From assembly GCA_964188305.1 (NCBI GenBank), contig OZ076887.1: a stretch of 64,000 nt of DNA; one strand, given 5' to 3'. This DNA comes from Podarcis bocagei. Its lineage: Eukaryota. Below, piece by piece: positions 13,190 to 23,524 of this stretch. Position 1 is the stretch's first letter. Every line of letters begins with the position of its first letter. The notes under the pieces are model-generated. The model was not told the DNA's origin, did not search any database, and saw only the letters and a list, made by a program, of their open reading frames with translations. The position numbers were made by a program, and so were the translations under genes.

Positions 13190-13305
13190 TTTGCAGAATG
13201 GTCACTATTACTCCCATTTTACAAGTAGGAACCTGAAGCTGCAAGACAGTGATTCTCTCAGGGCCACCCTGCTCAGCCATGTACTTAACAGGGAGCTGAA
13301 CCCTG
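13190..13305 (-). mobile_element. Ancient MIR/CORE-SINE remnant
   Basis: CTATTACTCCCATTTTACAAGTAGGAACCTGAAGC resembles the reverse-strand MIR core. Confidence 0.6.
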
Positions 13306-16300
13306 AAACAAAAATAAAATTTAAAATGTAGTAATCTTGCATGTTCAACAAATGTAAGTATCATTTTCTATTTAGCTTACTTAAAAACAGAAACCAAAGT
13401 GTTTGCAACTACAAGTGTCAGAAAATTCTGTTTAAAATGTCTTCTGTTGTCATTCTCAGATCATGTAACAGAAATTTCAGAGTGCATATGTCACTACATA
13501 GCAGCCATTCATTTCTCCTCAAACAAATAGATCGAACCAGAAAAGCTGACCCAGTACAGTACCACAAATTAAAAAGCACAGTCTTCCACATCGTGCAGGG
13601 GAATCATAGTGTGAAGTTAGGTATACAGTACTGTAAACAAAATGATTCCCCCGCCCCCAACTCTGTAACAATGTTCTTCTTGAAGGCTAAGAATGCTTGC
13701 TGCTTGGCAACTGGAAGCTTGGAAATAATCAAAGAGCAAATTTCTGTTAAATGTTTCTCACATTCATGGAACAATCCTTTCACCTAAATCCCAACAAAGA
13801 AACTATATGCAAGCAGTCCTTGGCCTATTCACCTTCATACAAAGATTGCCCAAAGAGAGATAAAGACACGTTGCATGAACAGACACAACACTACCTGTAG
13901 GCAATTATCGGTAAAAGTTTCAGAAAAATCAATTTATGAAAATCCTAGTCATAAATTACCAATCCCTTTGACTCACTGAAATTCTCATACTTGGACTGCA
14001 ACCAAGAGAACAGAAACATTTACAGTGACCTAGACACTGTTCAACATCTACTTCTGCATTTCTTCTAGTCCTAATTACAAATATAAGCAGATGCTTATGT
14101 GGCCATAATGAATCCAATGTGACTATCCTGTGGCTAGCCAGAAGTTCCTAATCATGGATGCATGAGGACTATTCCTGTAATTGTGCACTAGTTAAGATAA
14201 AGGAAAACATACTGAATTGGGCTTAAGTACAATTTAAAGTTTGTTCTTCAATAGTATGTTTTTATTTTTGTTTCTGAGCAACGAAGCTTCACTTGTTCAA
14301 AAAGTAAGCAACAACAAGACAGTACACATTTTGCAAAGTACACGCAGCAGCACCCCAATCCTAGTCACAATTATATGGGGAAAGTTCACAATATTGCCTA
14401 CAACTGAGCTTAAACAAACTGTGCAAAAGAGCAGAACCTTTCAGAGTGGGACTTAGTTGCTCACATAAGTTTTCAGAACACGGAATATAGAACTTTTATA
14501 AGAATGAAAATGTTTTCATATGTAAAGTTGTACGGTAAAGGATACCACTGGAATTAACAAATAGCTTGTAAGCTCCTGAAACTCAGGTTACAAACCAAAG
14601 ATAGGATTCTAAAGTTATGTGGAAGAGGCAGAACAGTTGATACTGGAGACAAGTGTAGAAGCAGCCTTCCTCCTATTATAGCTTATCAGCAACAAATGGG
14701 TTTTCTTCAACAATAGCTGTTAAGACATCTGCCACACACATTAAACCATTTCAGGATCTTCAGGACTCCCAAGCAATTGCAGAGATTTCTCATCTGCTCA
14801 ACTGGTTTACTACTGTGCACAGAATATGAAAAATGTGTATATTAAACTTAATATTATCAATGAGTATGCATAAATAAATGCTTAGTCTTGATAGACTCTT
14901 AAGAGTAACTTCCATTGCCAAATAAGTGGCATGCAAATGGGAAGAGCATAGTCTTTGTTGGTTCACACTGCATAATGAATGTCCTCTTCATTCATTACTA
15001 TTTCACAACAATCCTGATTTTAATTTGCAATAAACATTTTAAGAATGCTTGTTTACCTTTTTTATAGTTCTGGATTATGGATTATGAAATCTCTTCATCT
15101 GCTCCTTACTGTAACATAACCAACTGAGTGAACATTGCAATTTCACATAAACTTCAGAAACCACCCATTAATTGTAACAGTTAGGTGAGAATAGAGCCAG
15201 CTGTATTCTTGTTCCCTCCCTTTATGCTATTCCTTGGTACAAAAGGTGGTGCTTCACGTGAGCCTCCATCTGTTGTGAGATTTATTTTCTCTCTTGCTTG
15301 TTCATTATCCAATTGCACACCCATGCATATTTGTTACAGCATGGCCGAGAGCACAATCCCCGAAAGAAATTAAAAAGGTCAAATGTAAAGGCAGAAAAGC
15401 CATCTCACAAAGGGACCTCACAGTAACCCCATATTACAATGGAAGTGAAACAAATAGGAAGGTAAGATATAGGAAGAACAGGAAGGGAGCTGCTAACAAA
15501 AGGCAGAGGTGCTATATAAGCCTTGAAAATCAAGGTCACACAAACCAAAAAGAGAGAAAAGGCAGTACAGCCTACTGAGTTCATCCCGGAAGGCTCTAGG
15601 CATGCCAGTGCCACTACACAGACAATTCAGAAACTCACCATTACTTCCCCTTTCAAGGAGACACCCGCATTCTTGGAGGCAAGTACCACCATTGCGTTCT
15701 CATCTTCAGGGCTCCAATTACTGTTTATATCCAAACAGATATAAAACTACTTGATCTTTCTCCCCTCCCCACCCCAACCCATCCCACACCTAAAAGGCAA
15801 AGAGAGCTTAGGTTATCCTAGCCGGTTCTTCACCTATAGTATGAATTCAACATTTGTTTCATGTTTTAACAAAACCAACCAATTCAGGAGACCCCCCTCA
15901 AAGCTCATAATAAGATTGTGATCTCACACTGGTTTAAAATTCAATTGTGACATTGCCTATGAGGCTGATCACTCTCATACCACCTGAGGCTAACATTTAG
16001 CAAGAAAACCTACCTTGCTCAGGGAAACACAGATATTGTCAACAGATCAGATTTGTCCTATATTAACAAGACCATGTCTCAGGAAATTATTATTAGACAA
16101 GAAATAACTATAACAGCCTAAAGCTTGCCTTCAAATAAGTTAGTGGATCAAGGAACAAAATACCACTCTACTATTAATTATCCAGCTTGGAATCATAGTA
16201 AGATGCCTTATACTGAGTCAGATGAATTGTCAATATAGCTCAATGTGGTCTATATTAACTAATAGCTGCTCTCTGAAGTTTCAGACTGGGGACATTCACA

Positions 16301-16614
16301 GGAATACCTGAAGAGGCCAGGGACTGAATATGTGCAAAGTAAATGCTCTACTACTAAAGTATGGCCCTTCATCAAGATTCCCCGCTAAAGTTTTGAAAGC
16401 CAAAAAGCACAAAAAATGTATAGTACTTGGCTGCATTTTCTAAATTATCAAACATGCTACAATTGTTGCACTGTGCATATTCAGGTATTAATGGCTTTGC
16501 AGTAGCTTTCCCTGATGTTGCCCTCCCAATATTTTGGAATAAAAATACCAGTAACTGCACCAGCATGGCCAATGGTCAGGGATGATGAGAGTTGCAGCCC
16601 AGCAATATCTAGGG

Positions 16615-16754
16615 CAGACATAGGCAAACTCCGGCCCTCCGGACTACAATGGGACTATAATTCCCACCATCCCTAGCTAACAGGACCACTGGTCAGGGAT
16701 GATGGGAATTATAGTCCCATTGTAGTCCGGAGGGCCGGAGTTTGCCTATGCCTG
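16615..16754. mobile_element. hAT (Charlie-like) palindromic MITE nested in an older related copy
   Basis: Near-perfect inverted arms of about 55 bp starting CAG(A/G)CATAGGCAAACT. The 8-bp flanks ATCTAGGG and ATTTGGGG resemble a hAT TSD. Confidence 0.85.
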
Positions 16755-17180
16755 ATTTGGGGGGGGTGCCATTCTGGGGAATGCTACTTTGCTGGGTATT
16801 TTTATTCGAGGCCTCCTTGCTATGCACGTCAATGCTTGACTTTATGGTCTCCCGACACTCAGACGTTGGACTCTATTCATACACCCATGGGGCTGCACAC
16901 CAATTTACATGCCACAGATATGTCACACTTTCTCTAATGCCATTGTGAAGAACAGCTCTTACTTCACACATCACATGATTTGCATGGTAGAGGGGAACTC
17001 ACTGAGCGCTTGGAGAAAATGTAGGATATAAATGTAAAAGTAAAAACAAAACACTAAGCAGTCCAGCCTTGTTGTGAGGAGATTGCCTGGACATCAGGAT
17101 TTTTGGTTTGTCTTCACAAAACCAAATGCCATTGGGAATTTGAGTTGGAGTGAGAAAGAGACCATGGAGTATTCTATTAT

Positions 17181-17189
17181 TAATAATAA

Positions 17190-17237
<48 letters not shown>
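17181..17237. repeat. (AAT)n microsatellite
   Basis: Read directly; it explains the poly-Ile and poly-Tyr ORFs in the track. Confidence 0.97.
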
Positions 17238-17239
<2 letters not shown>

Positions 17240-17260
17240 ATCCATTACAAGGATCACAAA

Positions 17261-17500
17261 AAGAAAAAGAAGAGTTTGGATTTGATATCCTGCCTTTCAC
17301 TTTTAAGGAGTCTCAAAGTGGCTAACAATCTCCTTTCCTTTCCTCCCCCACAACAAACACTCTGTGAGGTGAGTGAGGCTGAAAGACTTCAGAGAAGTGT
17401 GACTAACCCAAGGCCACCCAGCAGCTGCATGTGGAGGAGCGGAGACGCGAACCCGGTTCACCAGATTACAAGTCTACCATTCGTAACCACTACTACACCA
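17261..17500 (-). mobile_element. Squam3-type tRNA-derived CORE SINE
   Basis: tRNA-like head with A and B boxes, CORE-like body and CTT-rich tail. Highly similar to 50272-50510. Confidence 0.85.
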
Positions 17501-19275
17501 TGCGGGACATTACTGTGGGGCATGAGGGCTGCTCATGTTTACCACTTTTTTATTTTTTTAAAGAACTGCATATTGCTCTAGAGAAGACAGATTTAATGAA
17601 GTTTGTTTTGAAATATCACAAAATAGCACAAGCAGGAAGGGATTGTGTCATTCATTATTATTTAGTAACATCCAGTGGGACTAGTGAGTGCTATGCAACC
17701 ACATGCCATGCACAAATTGTATGAACAATGCATGTTCTGGATCTACATTTTCTAAGTAACCAAACATGAAGGTTTCAGATGCTAGGAAAAAGAGAAGTCT
17801 CAGCAAAAGAAGCCATTCAGCCTCAAAAACAGACATTTGAATCTCCTTCAGAATTTGGTTAACAACTAGCTATCCTACAAACAAAAAACAAAAACACCAC
17901 CTGGGTCTGAAATTACCCATGAATGCTCTTTGCCTCAATTAATTATATAATGCTTCACAGAGCTCAGTCATTTTGTTTTATTGAGGATAGTCCCATAATA
18001 GATAGACAGATAGATATAAAATGAAGCAATATGAATGTTTGGGTCCATAAATAGCTTATTATTATCAATCTTATCTTCACAAGTGCCACACCTGAAACAG
18101 CTGTTTAAAATATTTATTCTTGATCACCTACACATTCAGATAAACAAGTGCAATACTCTGTGGTCTTCTTATAAAGTTTCTGTACAAAGTCATTATGAGT
18201 GAGGGGGATTCTGCATCCCAGAACAGCCTCTTATTCATGCAAAGAGTAACCTGCACAATGAAACCTCTTGCTGGATTAGAGCTATCAATTAATCCATGTT
18301 CTCTATGGAACTTTGCACATGATTTATTTAAATAATTAGAATTCACATTTACTTTGCAACCCAACTGTCCTGATAAAAATACAGTATTGAATAATGAATA
18401 ATTGTAGTGTTCTTGTGAGGAATTATTCACCACAGGATCAAAAATATTCACCATGGATATGACTTTATTACCAAACTATTGTGCAATCAGAACTAATCTC
18501 ATATTGGGTCAGATAATGGTTCCATTCAGAGGCTTCAACCAATCAAACTACAGTATCAAAGTCAATAATGGTACATTCAAAAGCAGCCCTAATATTCTAG
18601 CACTTGGCAGGCATAATCACTGCTTCAAGTGGATGGTATAGATTTTAGTAAACATACTAAACTGAAATGAAAAAACATAATGGTACAAAGATTTCCAGGT
18701 TTGACAATAAGGGTGTCACATTTTGTCCAGCAGCAGGATACTATTATAACCAGCAACATTCTTTTAAATCAATCTATTTTATTATTCACTTCTGTATTAG
18801 CCTAGCAAACTAAGTATACAAACAAATTGATGTAACAGTAGAACATGCTGGGAAGCACCTGTCAATTCTTAATCACATGTGTGCATTTCTCACAAGCTTC
18901 TATCCTTTTACTTTCAGGAAGATCTGCTGGTTGTTCTGAAAGACTTGGAAGTTGTTTATTTTCCCCACTTGTTTTTCTATGCATTTTCTTATAGAAATGG
19001 GTAACTGTTGTTGTTTTTGGACAGTGGGTTCACCCCTCACCCACTCTCCTTAGTAATACTGTATAACACGTGAAAAGCCATAAAAAATACTTACAGTATG
19101 GCAGGTGTGTTCTTTTTAGATATTACAACCCTATTGTTTAAAGCACATACTATTGCTTTATTTTACCATAGATACAGTGCAAGCAAACAATATTTTAAAA
19201 GCGAAGCATACTTTGCAAATGTGTGTATGATGCAAATAAATTTAAAGCTAATTGTAAAAATTTAAAAAATGCCCT

Positions 19276-19465
19276 CAAGCTCTGTAGTAAAGCACATTCA
19301 TTACAGGCAAAAGGTCTCGGGTTCAGTCACTGGCATCTCCAAACATGGTTGGCAAAGACCCCTGTCTAAAACCCTGGAGAGCCTATCCTTGCCAGTTAGT
19401 GTCAACAATAATGAGCAAGATGGACCAAAGCACTGACATGCTGTAAGGTAGATTCCTATTTTCCT
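19276..19465 (+). mobile_element. Older tRNA-derived SINE family; other copies at about 16189-16369(-), 43772-43871(+), 45903-45960(-), 53054-53218(-), 53874-54080(+)
   Basis: Shared blocks AAACCCTGGAGAGCC, GCCAGT(C/T)AGTGT and TAAGGCAGCTTCCTATG, plus a tRNA-like head in the fuller copies. Confidence 0.75.
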
Positions 19466-21065
19466 TTCACTTAACAGCAAACAGAATACACACAGAACTG
19501 AATAGGCAGCTATAAGTCTTGTACCAACAGTGCCCAGGGGTGGGGTGGGGGGAATCAGTGCTGTGTTTATCCTAGACTAGGAGAATAAGGTAGAGATATC
19601 TTCTAGCGAACCAGCAGGGTTGGTTCATACTTGAGTCATATACAATTATTTTAGTAAACCAGTCACAAATTCTGGATTTGTTTCTGGAACTGCCAATTTT
19701 AATTGTTGCTTCAATTTCTGGATGGATTAAGGAATAGGAAATTATTTATGTACAGCAAGCCCTGATCATTAATTAAAAAGTTAGCAAATGAACGGTATGC
19801 ACAGTAAACAACAGAATCTGCACAGTCTATTTAATAGTTCTCCCCCAGAACAGCTGACAACTTAAAGCTATAAGCCACTCCTCACATGTAACAAACAGTT
19901 CAGTAATTCATAGTGTTACCAAAGAATGGTAATTTATTCTAAAGTGCTGTGCAGACAAGTACAGTTTGTTCTCAGGCACTGCAAGAGAACTACAGCATTC
20001 AGTATCAGTAACAGGAGCTGATGACTAAAACACTACCTAGTTTGGGGCCATCCGTGCAAGAATATTCAACCTAATCCTATCTTGCATGGTTTAATTATAG
20101 AGATAACTGTATGGCTTAATTAATTTATCAAGGACATGCGAGCTACACAGGCCCAACTGAATTCCACCCGTTTTAACCTACCCATTTCAACAGCAGCATC
20201 ACATTGGAAGCCTCGACAGAGATGTATCCGGTTTTAACAGCACTACTGAGCTTTATAGCCTTCCTTCCAAAATAAATCCCTAACCCTGAGTTATCACTAC
20301 TTCCCGGAAGCAGAGCATACAGTGTCTCTCTGAGGAAACTGGGCTCCATGACTGGGAGACGAGACAAGCACACATTTATTGCAGGGCCATGTGCAAAACC
20401 GGGCAGCACTAGGGTCTTCTCCCCACCCCCCGTATCTGGGAACTTCCAAAGAGAAAAGCAAGTGTGGTGATTTTGTTTAGTTTGTTTCCCGCAGGGGGTT
20501 GCTTTTCTTTTCCTCTTTGGATTAAGCCGCGTTCACCAATCCTGCCAGGTTTAAGGGTGATTAGCGGAGAAAGCGCTAAATATAGCCGCGTAGTAACTAA
20601 TTGCATTGCTTTCCCCGGCTTTAATGGCTCCCTGAAGCGGCGGCGGCGCCCCGCTTCCTTTCCCACCCAGGCTGGGCTGCAATCTGCATCGCCGGGCGGG
20701 CGGATTTGTTGCAGTGACCTTCTTCTTCCTCCGCTCCTCTCCCCGCAACTCTGCCCGACACCCGCCCCTTCTCCTCCTCCCAAATCACGAAACCAGATGG
20801 CGACGCGCGTTAACGAACATCTGAAGCAACTGTAGGGAAAGGGGAAGAAGCCAGGCACAAACTGAGGAGAGAAGAGACCCTCACCGAAAGCGCCCAAACC
20901 GAGGGGAGAAATCTGGCCTGGAAACTGAAACAAGCTAGTGGGGCGGGGAGAGAGAGGGACACGCTTTGTGGAGGCTGGGCGCTACACAACCCAAACCCGG
21001 TTCGCGTTCACACGTTTGCTGCCCGAAGAGATGGGGCCGGCCTCCCCCCCCCCCCCCGACGCTAC

Positions 21066-21117
21066 CTGCTCTGTAGTCGCCGTTTTGGCCCAACTCGGAG
21101 AGGAGCCTCCCCCACAT
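21066..21117 (-). CDS. CEP85L: CEP85L exon 1 coding part (MWGRLLSELGQNGDYRA-G)
   Basis: Kozak context GCCCCGCC-ATG, and the MWGR start matches recalled human CEP85L. Donor CAG|GTAGCG gives phase 1, matching exon 2. Lies in a CpG island. Confidence 0.85.
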
Positions 21118-21384
21118 GGCGGGGCCTCCGCGGGCGGAGAGAGGGCCGTCGAGGATGAGAAGCTCCGGGGGTCCGCACGGAGACCCGCGCCCGCGCGCGG
21201 CCTGGACGGTAGAGGCTGGAAGGGGCAGCTGCTGCTGGTCGCTCATTGTCGGCCCGCCGCTGCTCCTGCCCTTCGCGCTTGGCAGCCCGACTCTGGCCTG
21301 CGAGGACCCGAGGCCATGGTTGCTGCCGGCCAGTTCCTTCGCAGGACTAGCAGCGGAAAGGACAAAACTCGCCTCCTTCCTTCG

Positions 21385-21468
21385 CTGCTGCTGCTGCTGC
21401 TGCTGCTGCCCACACACTGCAGCTTCCCGTCTCTTTTCTTCCTCCGCCTCCTGCTGCTGCTGCTGCTG
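21385..21468. repeat. Two CTG/CAG tracts: (CTG)8 at 21385-21408 and (CTG)6 at 21451-21468
   Basis: Read directly from the sequence. Confidence 0.95.
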
Positions 21469-22027
21469 CTCGGTGCCGGGCGGGGACAGAGGCGGGAACT
21501 CAGCAGATGCTGCCGCTACTCTCTGAAGAGAGGGGAGTTGGCAGCAGAAGCGGGAGGGGGCGGCAGGCAGCACGGAGCCCGCCAGGGGTAACTGGAGAAG
21601 CGGGAGAGGAGGGAGGGGAGAGGGCTGTTTCTTGGAAAGTAGCAGGAGGCAGCCCGGGAACGTGGATCCGGGAGCACATGCGATAGGGCTTCTGAGCACG
21701 TGCAGAGGGCCGGACCCCGTGCGTCTGACACCATTATGAGGAGAGAAAGAAAACAAGTTCCAGGTCAACGGAGAGGCTTGATAGCATGGTCACCAACGGG
21801 TGAACTTTGTAACGATAGCGTGGACCCATTCAGAAGGCAGTTTTGAGTACAATAACACACTGGTTGTTGAGTTGAGCTAGTTAAACCACAATGGGTAAAA
21901 GGGAAGAAGTAATCTTTCTGGTTTGGTTAATACTGGACTAAACCCTATTGGAGATACTTTACACAGGGCATGATAAGGCATGGAGGCTGCCAAGAAATGA
22001 AAAGAACGTAAGCACTTAAATACTTAA

Positions 22028-22170
22028 CCTGGATAGCTCAGTTGGTTAGAACATGGTGCTGATAATGCCAAGGTTGCAGGTTTGATCCCCGCATAGGGCA
22101 GCTGCATATTCCTGCAGTACAGGGGGCTGGACCAGATGATCCTCAGGGTCCTTTCCAACAATTCTATGAT
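22028..22170 (+). mobile_element. tRNA-derived SINE with CR1-type tail; 5'-truncated second copy at about 49948-50058
   Basis: Head TAGCTCAGTTGGTTAGA ... GGTTTGATCCCC followed by the CR1-like end GGGTCCTTTCCAAC..ATTCTATGAT. Confidence 0.82.
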
Positions 22171-22686
22171 ATGGTGGTAATGGCTGTATCTGAAGGCCTT
22201 TTGTTCAGAAAGATCACATGGCACTTCCTTGTGCAAATGCAGTATCTAGCTGTAGCTCTGTAGCTGTAGCAATGTGGTGCTGTTCGATGTGATGATGTGG
22301 ATTGCAGCGCCCTTCAATCCCCACTAGCATGGCCAACAAGAGAGATGGGCACCGCGGTACACACTAAATGGAGGGTGTCATGAAGTCTATCCCTGCCCAA
22401 TGTGATTAAATAATCGGGGGGGTTTTGTCGAGGGGGGGGGCTGGAATTGAGCCAAAAATCCACCTATATCTGTAATCCATAAAGTTGTGGTCATTTCTAA
22501 TCCAGTCATGGTCTGCTTGAGTTGATTAATTACACCTTACATTTAGCAACTGCCTGGAGTGGGGGTGTGGCACTGCGACTGGGCCTACAATAAACTAACT
22601 TTGTGTTGAGTTCCCCCATCTTTCTTCCAGAAAGAAAGCACAAGTCACAAGGATAATATGAGAATCAGGCCACAAATGGCTTCCCA

Positions 22687-22872
22687 CAGAGGTGGATTTA
22701 GGGCAACACAACTAATTTCATCACACTGGGCGCCAAGCTGAGGGGGTCACCACACAGCATCACATCTATAACATAGTGCACATGCAGAATGGAAGGCAAG
22801 AGGCAGGGGGGCACCAAATTTTGGCCTCTCACAGGGCACCACTGAAATTCGAAAGACCAAAGTCCACCCCTG
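22687..22872. mobile_element. hAT-like MITE, same family as 36908-37084
   Basis: Termini CAGAGGTGGATTT ... AAAGTCCACCCCTG, and a shared subterminal block ACAGGGCAC...GAAAGACCAAAGTC. Confidence 0.75.
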
Positions 22873-23060
22873 CTTCCCTCATAGATAGGCTCCCTCACCA
22901 CACAGTTTGTCTTTTCTGCAAATTACAAGTAAAGCTGTCCTTATACAAGTAGTTTCTACTTGTTTTACACCTTTGTCTCAGGACTTTAACTCAATTTTAA
23001 CCTCTTTTGGATTCGTAAACATATTAATAGAGATCAGTGCACCAAATATAAGACAATATA

Positions 23061-23524
23061 CCGTATTTTTCGCCCTATAGGACGCACTTTTTCCCCTCCA
23101 AAAATGAAGGGGAAATGTGTGTGCGTCCTATGGGGCGAATGCAGGCTTTCGCTGAAGCCTGGAGAGCGAGAGGGATTGGTGCGCACCGACCCCTCTCGCT
23201 CTCCAGGCTTCAGGAAGCTCTCCGCAAGCAGTGGGAGAGCTGCCCGAAGTCGCGCAGCTCTCCCACCGCTTTGCGGAGAGCTGCCTGGACCCAGAAGCCT
23301 GGGGAGCGCTGCACAGTGCACTTTGTGCAGATATCGGGCAGCCCCACAAGCTCGGGGGACAGCAGGGAGGCGCAGCGCGCCATCCCGCTGTTCCCTGTCC
23401 TGGTTTGGATTCCCCGACGTGGTTTTGGGGGGGAAATAAAGGGGGGAATTCCTTTATTTCCCCCCCCCCAAAAAAACTAGGTGAGTCCTATGGGCCGGTG
23501 CGCCCTATGGGGCGAAAAATACAG
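23061..23524. mobile_element. Tc2/pogo-type MITE with GC-rich internal hairpins
   Basis: TIRs C(C/T)GTATTTTTCGCCC(T/C)ATAGG(A/G)CGCAC with TA flanks. Confidence 0.88.

Larger units (their letters stand above)
20520..21730. promoter_or_regulatory. CpG island / CEP85L promoter, 5' UTR and start of intron 1
   Basis: Abrupt rise in GC and CpG density over about 1.2 kb, with GC boxes, spanning the CEP85L start codon. Confidence 0.9.

Noticed and set aside
16999-17325. Poly-Tyr and poly-Ile ORFs
   Set aside because: They are translations of the (AAT)n microsatellite next to a SINE.
20409-21768. Long overlapping ORFs (123-277 aa) on both strands
   Set aside because: These are expected in a stop-poor CpG island. 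Only 21066-21117, and possibly the in-frame extension from 21246, has support.
22028-22100. tRNA-like sequence (also at about 53874-53935 and 50272-50325)
   Set aside because: The cloverleaf is degenerate, the sequence runs straight into SINE bodies and tails, and there is no Pol III terminator. These are SINE heads, not tRNA genes.
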